A stretch of 64,000 nt of DNA, taken from contig OY763490.2 in the NCBI GenBank assembly GCA_963667505.2, positions 3,312,343 to 3,376,342 on the forward strand. Direction: 5' to 3'. The position numbers and the translations under genes were made by a program. Shown here one piece after another: positions 1 to 8,393 of the stretch. The notes under the pieces were generated by a model. The model was not told the origin of the DNA and did not search any database. It saw only the letters and a program-made list of their open reading frames with translations. Every line of letters begins with the position of its first letter. Positions within the stretch are counted from its first letter, which is position 1. This stretch comes from Acidimicrobiales bacterium (GTDB lineage Bacteria > Actinomycetota > Acidimicrobiia > Acidimicrobiales > Aldehydirespiratoraceae).

Positions 1-1
1 C

Positions 2-1438
2 ATCAACAGCCTGGCGCTGGGCGCGGCCGCCATGCTGGAGGAGTACCCGGTGGAGTCGCTGGTGCCCGGCGACGTGCTGATCACCAACGACCCGTACAAG
101 ACCGCGGGCCAGCTCCTCGACGTGACCGTGCTGGTGCCGGCCTGGCGGGTGCCGGCCACCGGAGGCGAGGCCCGGCTGATCGCCCTGTTCGGCTCCACCA
201 TCCACCACACCGACGTCGGCGGCTACGGCATCGGCGCGGGCGGCCGGGACTGCTTCGAGGAGGGCCTGTGGATCCCGATCTGCCGGCTGATGCAGGGCGA
301 CGGTGCCGGGGGCTCGCAGCGCAATCCCGACGTGTGGAAGTTCATCCTCTCCAACGTCCGCCAGCCCGACCACATGGCCGGCGACCTGCACGCCCAGATG
401 GCCTCGGGCGAGGTCGGCGCCCAGCGGCTGGCCACCCTGTGCGACGCCCACGGCCTCGACGACATCGAGGACCTGGCCGACGAGATCATCGAGCGGTCCG
501 AGGCGGCCACCCGGTCCACCATCTCCGAGCTCGACGCGGGCAGCTACGACGCGTCGGCGGTGCTGGACCTGGCCGACGGCAGCCGGGTCGACATCGTCTG
601 CACGATGACCGTGGACCCCGACGCCGGCGAGATCCTGGTGGACTACGAGGGCTCCAGCGACGCCAGCCCGTGGGGCATCAACGTGGTCCGCAACTACACC
701 CACGCCTACACCACGTTCACGGTGCGGTCGGTGCTCAACCCCGACATCCCCAACAACCACGGCAGCCTGGCCCCCATCAGGATGCGGGCGCCGGAGGGGT
801 CGGTGGTGCACGCTGTGCCCCCGCAACCGGGCACGGCCCGCCATGTGGTGGGCATGTTCCTGCCCAACGCGCTGCTGAAGGCGCTGGCCCAGGTGAAGCC
901 CGACGGGGCCATGGCCGAGGGCGCCGGGGCGGTGTGGACCATGCAGGTGAACGGCCACCACGACGACGGCAGCCCGTTCATCACCGCCATGTTCACCTAC
1001 GCGGGCGGGGTGGGGGCCAGATCGGCCAAGCCCGGCCTCGACGCCTGCTCGTACCCCACCGGTGTGTCGGCGGTGCCCATCGAGGTGGTGGAGGCGTCGG
1101 CGCCGGTGCGTTTCATGCGCAAGGCGCTGCGCCCCGGCTCCGGCGGCGCGGGCGAGCAGCCCGGCGGCCTGGGACAGGTGATCGAGTTCGAGGTGGACAC
1201 GGCCCGGCCGTGGCAGCTCAACGCGGTGACCAGCCGTCTCACCGAGCCGCCCCAGGGGATCTTCGGGGGCGAGCCGGGCGCGGCCGGGTCGTTCCAGGTG
1301 AACGGCGAGCCGGTCACCACCCAGACCCGGATCACGCTCCAGCCGGGCGACACCGTGCGGCTGGAGCTGCCCGGCGGCGGCGGCTACGGCGAGCCGCAGC
1401 CCGACCCGTCGAACGGCTCGGATCGGCCCCAGCCGTAG
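2..1438 (+). CDS. hydantoinase B/oxoprolinase family protein (HyuB-like), 5' end outside window
   Basis: Frame of ORF 32..1438 stays open to the window edge. It has an ITNDPYKTAGQLLDVTVLVP region and a C-terminal LPGGGGYG, typical of the N-methylhydantoinase B / oxoprolinase family. Confidence 0.85.
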   Translation: MNSLALGAAAMLEEYPVESLVPGDVLITNDPYKTAGQLLDVTVLVPAWRVPATGGEARLIALFGSTIHHTDVGGYGIGAGGRDCFEEGLWIPICRLMQGDGAGGSQRNPDVWKFILSNVRQPDHMAGDLHAQMASGEVGAQRLATLCDAHGLDDIEDLADEIIERSEAATRSTISELDAGSYDASAVLDLADGSRVDIVCTMTVDPDAGEILVDYEGSSDASPWGINVVRNYTHAYTTFTVRSVLNPDIPNNHGSLAPIRMRAPEGSVVHAVPPQPGTARHVVGMFLPNALLKALAQVKPDGAMAEGAGAVWTMQVNGHHDDGSPFITAMFTYAGGVGARSAKPGLDACSYPTGVSAVPIEVVEASAPVRFMRKALRPGSGGAGEQPGGLGQVIEFEVDTARPWQLNAVTSRLTEPPQGIFGGEPGAAGSFQVNGEPVTTQTRITLQPGDTVRLELPGGGGYGEPQPDPSNGSDRPQP

Positions 1439-1457
1439 CGCCGTGCCTGGTCTCGGC

Positions 1458-1510
1458 CCGCTTTCTTCGCGTTCTTCGGTGCATATGACCGGTTTCTTCA
1501 AAGAAAGCGG
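1458..1510. promoter_or_regulatory. perfect 10-bp inverted repeat CCGCTTTCTT / AAGAAAGCGG with a 33-nt spacer, just upstream of the ligase start codon
   Basis: Read directly: 1458-1467 is the reverse complement of 1501-1510. The region is locally AT-richer than its surroundings. It could be an operator or a weak terminator of the upstream gene. Confidence 0.25.
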
Positions 1511-1513
1511 TCG

Positions 1514-3067
1514 ATGGCGATGAGCGACTGGACTGCGCCGATCATGTTCGCCTCGGTGTGGGACCGGGCTGTGGCTGACCGTCCCGACGACACGTTCTTG
1601 GTCTTCGAGACGCCCGCCGGCGATGTGGCGAGCTGGACGTACGGCACCTTCGACCAGGCGGTGGATCGGGTGGCTGGCACGCTGGCCGCGCTGGGCGCCG
1701 AGCCGGGCGCGGCGGTGCACCTCGCGTTGACCAATTCGCCGACGTTCGTGGCGGCGTGGCTGGCCGCGTCGCGTCTGGGCGCCTGGATCGTGCCGTCCGA
1801 CCCGATGGGCCGCACTCCCGAGCTGGCCGGGCACATCGAGCGCACCCGCCCGTCGGTCGGCCTGTGCGCCGGTGCCCGAGCCGGCATCTACCGGGCTGCG
1901 GTGGCGGAGGCGGGTCGGGCCGATCTGCCGGTGATCGAGATCGATGAGGCCGACACGACGCTGGCCCTCTTCGACGCCGCGCCCCTGGCCGCCTCGGAGC
2001 GACCCGAGCCGAGGCCGCGCGACCGGGCCGCGGTGATGTTCACCTCCGGCACCACCGGGCGGCCCAAGGGCGTGGAGATCACCCAGGCCAACTACGCCTT
2101 CGCGGGCAAGGTAATGGCCGAGGCGGCCGGCCTCGCCCCCGACGACCGCCAGTTCGTGGTGCTGCCGCTGTTCCACGCCAACGCCCAGTACTACTCGTTC
2201 GCCTCGGCTATCTGGACGGGCGCGAGCGTGGCTCTGATGTCCGCCTTCTCGGCGTCAGGGTTCCTGCCCGCCGCGGCCCGCCACGGCGCCACCTGCGCCA
2301 GCCTGTTCGCGGCGCCGATCCGCATGATCCTGGCCCGCGGCGGCCCGGCGGAAGGAGTGCGCCTGCGCCACTGCTGGTATGCGCAGAACATCGCAGCCGA
2401 CCAGTACTCCATGGTGGCTCAGTGGTTCGGCTGCCGGCCCCGCCAGCTCTACGGCATGACCGAGACCATCCCTGCGGTGCTCACCGACGAGGCCGCCGAC
2501 CCGCACCACGCCTCGATGGGCCGGGTGTCGCCGGGCTGCGCGGTGGACGTTCAGGACGGGGCTGGAGCCTCGGTGGAGCCCGGAGTGGTGGGCGAGGTGG
2601 TCGTGGGCGGCGAGCCTGGCACCACCCTGTTCGCCGGCTACCTCGACGCGCCCGACATAACCGCGGCCAGCTTCCGCGACGGCTGGTTCCGTACCGGCGA
2701 CCGGGCGGTGCGCGATGAGACTGGACGCCACTACTTCGACGGCCGGCGCTCGGACGTGCTCAAGGTCTCCGGCGAGAACGTGTCCATTGTCGAGGTCGAG
2801 TCCACCCTCTCAGAGCACCCGGCGGTGCTGGAGGCAGCTGTGGTGGGCCGACCCGACGACATCCGCGACGAGGTGCCGGTCGCCTTCGTGGTGTCCGCCG
2901 ACGCGGCGTCCCCGCCGTCGCTCGAAGATCTTCATGCCTGGTGCCAGCAGCGCCTCGCCAAAGCCAAGCGCCCCGCCAGCATCACCCTGATAGACGAACT
3001 GCCCCGGACCAGCGTCGGCAAGATCCGCAAGTTTCTGTTGGCCGAACAGGCCACTAACTTGCAGTGA
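1514..3067 (+). CDS. AMP-dependent synthetase/ligase (acyl-CoA ligase family)
   Basis: Carries the MFTSGTTGRPKGV AMP-binding motif, GYLD..TGD and a C-terminal SVGKIRK. ATG at 1514. Confidence 0.85.
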   Translation: MAMSDWTAPIMFASVWDRAVADRPDDTFLVFETPAGDVASWTYGTFDQAVDRVAGTLAALGAEPGAAVHLALTNSPTFVAAWLAASRLGAWIVPSDPMGRTPELAGHIERTRPSVGLCAGARAGIYRAAVAEAGRADLPVIEIDEADTTLALFDAAPLAASERPEPRPRDRAAVMFTSGTTGRPKGVEITQANYAFAGKVMAEAAGLAPDDRQFVVLPLFHANAQYYSFASAIWTGASVALMSAFSASGFLPAAARHGATCASLFAAPIRMILARGGPAEGVRLRHCWYAQNIAADQYSMVAQWFGCRPRQLYGMTETIPAVLTDEAADPHHASMGRVSPGCAVDVQDGAGASVEPGVVGEVVVGGEPGTTLFAGYLDAPDITAASFRDGWFRTGDRAVRDETGRHYFDGRRSDVLKVSGENVSIVEVESTLSEHPAVLEAAVVGRPDDIRDEVPVAFVVSADAASPPSLEDLHAWCQQRLAKAKRPASITLIDELPRTSVGKIRKFLLAEQATNLQ

Positions 3068-6000
3068 CGGCGTCAGCGATGCGGTGGAGGGCTCGGCGGA
3101 GCAGGCCGCAGGTTGCTTCTACCTTCCATACGTTGTCAGGCAGGGGGTTGGTGTCTCGTACCCAGGCCCAGGAGGCCTCCCGGAGCGCGTCACGGTCGTG
3201 GAGGCTGGCGCCGACCAGGCGCTTCTCGGCGGGCTCGGCCCGGTACGGCTTGGGTGCCACCGCGCCAAGGGAGACCCGGGCGTCGGCGATGGTGGTGCCG
3301 GCGTCGTCGAGCTCCAGCGACACCGCAGCCGAGCACACCGCGAAGTCGCCCGCGTAGAGCCTCAGCTTCTCGAAGGCGGCCGGGCGGCCCCGGGCGGCGG
3401 CGGGCACCTCCAGCATCGTGAGCAGCTCGCCGGAGCCCAGGTCGGGCTCGCCCGGGCCCGCGTAGAGTTCGTCGATAGCGCGGCGCCGCAGCGGCTTGGT
3501 GCCCGTCGGCAGGCTGCAGGCGACCGCGTCGAGGGCCAGCAGGCCGGTGGCGAGGTCCGACGGGGTTACGGCCTGGCAGCGGTGGGCGCCCATCACCGCG
3601 TGGTGGAACCGGTGGTCGCCCAGCACCGCGTAACATGGGGACCTCCAGCCGGCGCGCTTGTAGCAGTCGAAGCCGTTGCGGTAGAAGGCGCAGCGCTTGT
3701 CCTGCAGCAGGTTGCCGCCCACCGTGGCCAGCTCGCGGATCTGGCTGGTGGCCAACTCCTCCAGCAAGTCGGCCAGCATCGCGTCGCCGGGCGGGATCGG
3801 CGGCGCGGGCGCGGCGGTGCCGGGTGCTGCTAGGCGGCGGCGCAGATCCTCGAGGATCACGGCTGCGCCGATGCGCAGGTCGCCTTCGGGCGTCTCGTCC
3901 AGTCGGCCGAGCTCGCGGATCGAGGTGGTGTCGATCAGGCGAACCGGCGCGGCCAGCCCCTGCGCGCGGGCGACCAGCAGGTCGGTTCCGCCGCCGATGT
4001 AGCGGGTACCGCCCCCGCGGTCCGAACAGGCCGCGGTGGCCGCCTCGGGGCTGGCGGGCCGTTCGATCGACTCGATCGGCGGCGGGCCGTGCCCGGAGCC
4101 GCGCCGGCGGGCCAGGCGGTCGAGGAGCTTGAACAGGCCCTTGCCGTAGAGGCTGCGCACCAGCCCTATCCAGATGACCTCCAGCCCCAGCGCGCCGGTC
4201 GGCGACCTCCCCCGGGCCGTGCGGGCAGTGGACGTGTGAGGGTTCAGATGGGGCAGCAGCTTGTCGGGGGTGACCGGCACCTCGCGGACGCGCACGCCGG
4301 TGGCGTGGGCCACCGCATTGGCCACCGCGGCCGGCGCGGGCACCACGCCTATCTCGCCGATGCCCTTGGCGCCGTAGGGGCCGGCCGGGTCGTGACCGTC
4401 GAGCAGTACCGCCCGGATCGGCGGAAGGTCCGCGGCCCGGGGCGCCCGATAGTCCAGCAGGCTGGGATTGACGAGGCGGCCCTGCTCGTAGACGAGCTCC
4501 TCGCCGAGGGCCGCGCCCAGTCCCATGGCCATGGCGCCGACCGCCTGGCCCTCGGCCGCGGCCGGGTTGAGGGCCGTGCCCGAGTCGTGCACCGTGACCG
4601 CGTCGAGGACCGTCACCTGGCCGGTGGCGTAGTCGACGTCTACCTCCACCGCCTGCACGCAGAACGAGTAGGCGGGCGAGAAATGGCCCCGGCCGTGCTC
4701 CTTGTCCATCTTGTCGACGTCGGTGAGGTAGCTGCCCTCGGTCCGCAGGCGTCCGTCGGTCGAGCCCTCGGCGAGAGCCACTAGGTCTCCTATCGGCACG
4801 GCGTCGCCGTCGCAGCGGGCCTCGCCGTCGACCAGCTGCACCCGGTCGGGGTCGGCTGCGAACTTGGCCGCGGCGGCCTCCCGCAGGGCTCCGGCCGCGT
4901 TGCGGGCGGCGTCGGCGGTGGCGTGGCCGCTCCACATCGTGCCCCTCGACGACCATGCCCCCAGGTCCTGGGGGGCGTCGTGGCTGTCCATCATGGTCAC
5001 CGACACGTCGTCGAAGGCGACGCCCAGCTCCTCGGCCGCGATCTGGCGCAGCAGCGCGGCCTGGCCGGTGCCGGCGTCGGCGCCCGCGAAGCACACCCGC
5101 ACCGCTCCGTCGTCGCCGACCTCCACTGCGGCCTCGCTCAGCTCGGAGTGCTCGAAGGCGTTGGCGCCTGACACATGGATCGCGGCGGCTACGCCCACAC
5201 CCCGGCCGCGCCCGCCCTGCGCCCGCTTGGCGTCCCAGCCGATCTCGGCCCGGGCCCGCTGCAGGCACTCGGCCAGGCGGGTCGAGCCGAGCCGCCAGCC
5301 GGTGATAGTCACGTCTCCCGGCTCGGGAGCGTTGCGCAGCCGCAGGTCGATCGGGTCGATGTCGAGCTTGTCGGCCAGCTCGTCGATCTGGGACTCCGTC
5401 GCGAACGTCATCTGCGGGTTGCCGTAGCCCCGGAACGACGCTCCGGGCTGCTTGTTGGTGTAGACGAGCGACACGGCTGTCTCGCAGCCGCCCAGCCGGT
5501 ACGGCCCGGCGGCCAGCATGGTGGCGTAGATCGCCACCGACGGCCCGGCGTGGTTGTAGGCGCCGTTGTCCACTGTCACATAGCCGTCGCGGTGGGTGAG
5601 TGTGCCGTCACTGCGGCCGCCGGTGGAGAGATCGACACGGAAGGAGTGGCGCACGGCCGTTGCCGCGAACTCCTCGTCGCGGTCGAGCACCAGCCGCACC
5701 GGCCGCTTCGTCCGCATGGCCAGCGCGGCCGCGATCACCTCGTGGCATCCGGCCTTGGCCTTGGCCCCGAAGCCGCCGCCCACGGCCACCGGGTGGGTGC
5801 GGACCTGGTCCATCTCCAGGCCGAGCATGTGGGCGACCTCCTTGCGCACGAAGTAGGGGGCCTGGGTGGACACCCACAGATCGAGCCGCTGGTGGACCGG
5901 GTCCCAGCGGGCCAGCACCGAGTGCGGCTCGAGGCACACGTGGGCCGCGGGGCTGTAGGCGTAGTGGCCGCTGACCACGACGTCGGCGGCGGACCGGGCG

Positions 6001-6488
6001 GCGTCGGGGTCGCCGTAGGCGCGTACGGTCTGCAGGGCCAGGTTGCCCGGCGCGTCGTCGTGGACCGTGGCCACGCCACCGAGACGGGCGTACGAGGCCG
6101 TGACCGCGCTCGGGCGCGGCCGGTAGTCGACGTCGATCAGGCCGAGGGCCGCGTCGGCCTCGGACCGGGTTCGGGCGGCCACCGCGGCCACTTCCTCGCC
6201 CACGAAGCGGACCCGGTCCCAGGCCAGCGCCGACCGGTCGCTGAACGGCGCCCCCAGATGCAGGTAGGTGCGGTCGGGCAGATCGTCGGCGGTGATCACC
6301 GCGGCCACGCCGCTCGCGGCGGCGGCATGGGCGGTGTCGATGCTGCGGATGTCGGCATGGGGGTGAGGGCTGCGCAGGATCCGGGCCTCGAGCGTCCCGG
6401 TCAGCGAAACGTCGGTGGTGTAGACCGCGCCGCCCGAGGTCCGCTCGTCCCACCCGTCGGGCCGGATCCGCCGCCCGAGCACGGTCAA
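3054..6488 (-). CDS. xanthine dehydrogenase/aldehyde oxidase family molybdopterin-binding subunit fused in frame to a FAD-binding subunit
   Basis: Start reassigned from the track's 6662 to TTG 6488 (TTGA overlap with the stop of the 2Fe-2S gene) or GTG 6482. The N-terminal ~780 aa have the Moco large-subunit pattern (AVGGGFGAKAK). The frame continues without a stop through a ~60-aa linker into a CoxM/PaoB-like module. Confidence 0.8.
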   Translation of the reverse strand: MTVLGRRIRPDGWDERTSGGAVYTTDVSLTGTLEARILRSPHPHADIRSIDTAHAAAASGVAAVITADDLPDRTYLHLGAPFSDRSALAWDRVRFVGEEVAAVAARTRSEADAALGLIDVDYRPRPSAVTASYARLGGVATVHDDAPGNLALQTVRAYGDPDAARSAADVVVSGHYAYSPAAHVCLEPHSVLARWDPVHQRLDLWVSTQAPYFVRKEVAHMLGLEMDQVRTHPVAVGGGFGAKAKAGCHEVIAAALAMRTKRPVRLVLDRDEEFAATAVRHSFRVDLSTGGRSDGTLTHRDGYVTVDNGAYNHAGPSVAIYATMLAAGPYRLGGCETAVSLVYTNKQPGASFRGYGNPQMTFATESQIDELADKLDIDPIDLRLRNAPEPGDVTITGWRLGSTRLAECLQRARAEIGWDAKRAQGGRGRGVGVAAAIHVSGANAFEHSELSEAAVEVGDDGAVRVCFAGADAGTGQAALLRQIAAEELGVAFDDVSVTMMDSHDAPQDLGAWSSRGTMWSGHATADAARNAAGALREAAAAKFAADPDRVQLVDGEARCDGDAVPIGDLVALAEGSTDGRLRTEGSYLTDVDKMDKEHGRGHFSPAYSFCVQAVEVDVDYATGQVTVLDAVTVHDSGTALNPAAAEGQAVGAMAMGLGAALGEELVYEQGRLVNPSLLDYRAPRAADLPPIRAVLLDGHDPAGPYGAKGIGEIGVVPAPAAVANAVAHATGVRVREVPVTPDKLLPHLNPHTSTARTARGRSPTGALGLEVIWIGLVRSLYGKGLFKLLDRLARRRGSGHGPPPIESIERPASPEAATAACSDRGGGTRYIGGGTDLLVARAQGLAAPVRLIDTTSIRELGRLDETPEGDLRIGAAVILEDLRRRLAAPGTAAPAPPIPPGDAMLADLLEELATSQIRELATVGGNLLQDKRCAFYRNGFDCYKRAGWRSPCYAVLGDHRFHHAVMGAHRCQAVTPSDLATGLLALDAVACSLPTGTKPLRRRAIDELYAGPGEPDLGSGELLTMLEVPAAARGRPAAFEKLRLYAGDFAVCSAAVSLELDDAGTTIADARVSLGAVAPKPYRAEPAEKRLVGASLHDRDALREASWAWVRDTNPLPDNVWKVEATCGLLRRALHRIADAVTAS
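3057..4046 (-). other. FAD-binding (CoxM/PaoB-like) module of the fused hydroxylase, with a four-Cys block
   Basis: Last ~330 aa: RYIGGGTDLL FAD motif, then DKRCAFYRNGFDCYKRAGWRSPCYAV...HRCQAVTPSD (Cys codons between about 3579 and 3692). Confidence 0.7.
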
Positions 6489-6943
6489 GGACAGTTCCCC
6501 GCGCTGTCGGCGACCGCGGCGACGACGCCCTTGTAGCCGGTGCAGCGGCAGAAGTTCCCGGCCAGCGCCCGCCGCACCGCCTCGGAGTCGGACCCGTCGC
6601 ACTCGCCGGACGCGACGAGCTGGTAGGCCCGCACCACCAGTCCGGGCGTGCAGTAGCCGCACTGCAGCCCGCCGCAGTCGGCGAGCGCCTCCCTAAGCCG
6701 CGCCGCGTCCTCGGCCAGGCCCTCGACCGTGCGCACCGGCTCGTCCACCCGCGCGGCCAGCACGAGACACGACGGCACGGCCCGGTCGCCGACCAGCACG
6801 GTGCACGCCCCACAGTCGCCTCGTCCGCAAGCCTCCTTTGCGCCGGTCAGGCCCAGACGGTCGCGCAGCACGTCGATAAGCCGCGCCGCAGGAGAGACAT
6901 CGACCCGAACCGGCTCGCCGTTGAGCATGAGGCGGACCATCAC
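6485..6943 (-). CDS. (2Fe-2S)-binding small subunit of the molybdo-hydroxylase
   Basis: CGRGDCGACTV and CGYCTPG...CRCTGY cluster motifs, 152 aa. Its stop overlaps the large-subunit start. Confidence 0.9.
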   Translation of the reverse strand: MMVRLMLNGEPVRVDVSPAARLIDVLRDRLGLTGAKEACGRGDCGACTVLVGDRAVPSCLVLAARVDEPVRTVEGLAEDAARLREALADCGGLQCGYCTPGLVVRAYQLVASGECDGSDSEAVRRALAGNFCRCTGYKGVVAAVADSAGNCP

Positions 6944-6955
6944 GGTGGTGGCGGG

Positions 6956-8203
6956 TCAGCGTCCTTGTGCCGCGGCGACATTCTCGGCGGCCTGGTAGCG
7001 CTCCATCAGCCACTCGGCCAACTGCGAGCGGAAGAAGTCCTGGCCGCTGAGCGGACCTTGGGGCGCGAAGCGCGACGCCATGCCCCGCTGGCTGGCCACC
7101 GCCACCGGCATGTCCTGGTCGAAGAAGAGCTCCAAGCCCCGGACGTGCTGCTCGAAGAGCTGGTCGAACAGCTTCAGCTTGGTGGTGGACTCCGGGAACA
7201 GGAACCCTGAGGTCATCATCGACGAGTCCGCTCCGCCGGGCTGCACCGCGATCCAGTGGACCGAGTCGCTGTGGCAGCCGATCAGCAGAGTGGGGGCCAC
7301 GTAGAGGTACACGACGTTCCAGCGGTCGTCCTCGTCGAGCGTCGGGATGGGCGGGAACAGCGCCGACTGGGTGGGGTTCATGCCCCGGTCCTTGAAGCCG
7401 GTGCGGCCCCGGCCGCCGATGCCGACCGAGCCCGGCGCCAGCGGCGGGAACGTGCCCGCCAGCAGGGTCTCGTTGCCGGTGTCGGCCTCGGTGAAGTCGT
7501 ACAGCGAGGCGTGCAGCCGCAACGAGTGGTAGGCGTCCATGAAGTTCTCGGCGAAGACCTTCCAGTTGAACGGCAGCGGCAGCAGCTCGGGCTCGGTGGC
7601 GGCCATGTCTTCGAGGCAGTAGGGGGCCAGCATCTCGTCGAAGTCGGCCAGCCTCGGTCCCAGCGGCTCGGGGTCGGGGGCGAACGAGCAGAACACGAAG
7701 CCCTGCCACTCCTCCACCGCAAGCCGGGGCAGGGAGATCTCCGAGCGCACGAAGCCGGGGCGCTGGTGCATTTCGGGCGCGCCGACCAGGCGGCCGTCGA
7801 GGTCGTAGGTCCACCAGTGGTAGGGGCACCGGAAGTTGCGGGTGGATCCGCTGCACTCCGGCGGCGGATCGAACCACTCACTCTTGGGCCGCTCGTCCGG
7901 CGCGGTGATGCACATGGCCCGGTGCTGGCAGATCGAGGACATCACGTTGATCCGGCTGTCGCGGTTGCGCACCACGATCACCGGCTCGCTGCCCAGCAGG
8001 GTGGCCGTGAAGTAGTCGCCGGGCTCGGGCACCTGGCCGGACCGGCCCACGCACAGCCACTCGGTGTCGAACACGGCGGCCTTCTCGAACTCGTAGAAGT
8101 CGTCGTCGGTGTAGCAGGCGGGCGGAAGGCCCACGGCGACATCCACGGACCGGGCCGCGGGCTCGATGTCTTCTAGCGGTATGGGACTGCGGGTTGGAGC
8201 CAT
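6956..8203 (-). CDS. Rieske (2Fe-2S) non-heme iron oxygenase alpha subunit
   Basis: Start taken at ATG 8203 (MAPTRSP). The track's upstream extension to 8725 is Ser-rich antisense of the neighbouring acidic repeat. Rieske ligands CQH...CPYH are present, and the C-terminal catalytic domain pattern is present. Confidence 0.8.
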   Translation of the reverse strand: MAPTRSPIPLEDIEPAARSVDVAVGLPPACYTDDDFYEFEKAAVFDTEWLCVGRSGQVPEPGDYFTATLLGSEPVIVVRNRDSRINVMSSICQHRAMCITAPDERPKSEWFDPPPECSGSTRNFRCPYHWWTYDLDGRLVGAPEMHQRPGFVRSEISLPRLAVEEWQGFVFCSFAPDPEPLGPRLADFDEMLAPYCLEDMAATEPELLPLPFNWKVFAENFMDAYHSLRLHASLYDFTEADTGNETLLAGTFPPLAPGSVGIGGRGRTGFKDRGMNPTQSALFPPIPTLDEDDRWNVVYLYVAPTLLIGCHSDSVHWIAVQPGGADSSMMTSGFLFPESTTKLKLFDQLFEQHVRGLELFFDQDMPVAVASQRGMASRFAPQGPLSGQDFFRSQLAEWLMERYQAAENVAAAQGR

Positions 8204-8393
8204 GAACGCCCCCTGGCGGCGGTGAGGCCAAGCTAGCCGTTGCCGGGCGAGGCCTCGAAGCCGGGGAGGCGGCGCCCGCTCTCGGTCGCCTCCGGTGGGA
8301 CACAGGCTCCGAAGCGGTGCTACAGTCCGCGCCTGTATACAAGCCTCGGCGGCCCGACTGCCGGGGCACAGACGGTTCCACACTGGAGGGAAC

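Noticed and set aside
3190-6536. Long ORFs in other frames or the opposite strand over the hydroxylase genes (3190..5268 -, 4089..4784 +, 5175..6536 +, 5608..6813 -).
   Set aside because: Their translations are Arg/Pro/Gly/Ala-rich low-complexity sequences typical of shadow frames in high-GC DNA. They overlap a frame with clear family motifs.
6489-6662. The N-terminal 58 codons of track ORF 3054..6662.
   Set aside because: This region is Arg-rich with no family signal and overlaps the 2Fe-2S gene. A TTG/GTG start at 6488/6482, coupled to the upstream stop, fits better.
8204-8393. A possible riboswitch or leader in the 190-nt spacer upstream of the BMP-family binding-protein gene.
   Set aside because: I could not match it to any riboswitch consensus I know (purine, ZTP, guanidine). 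A covariance-model scan (Rfam/Infernal) would be needed to test this.
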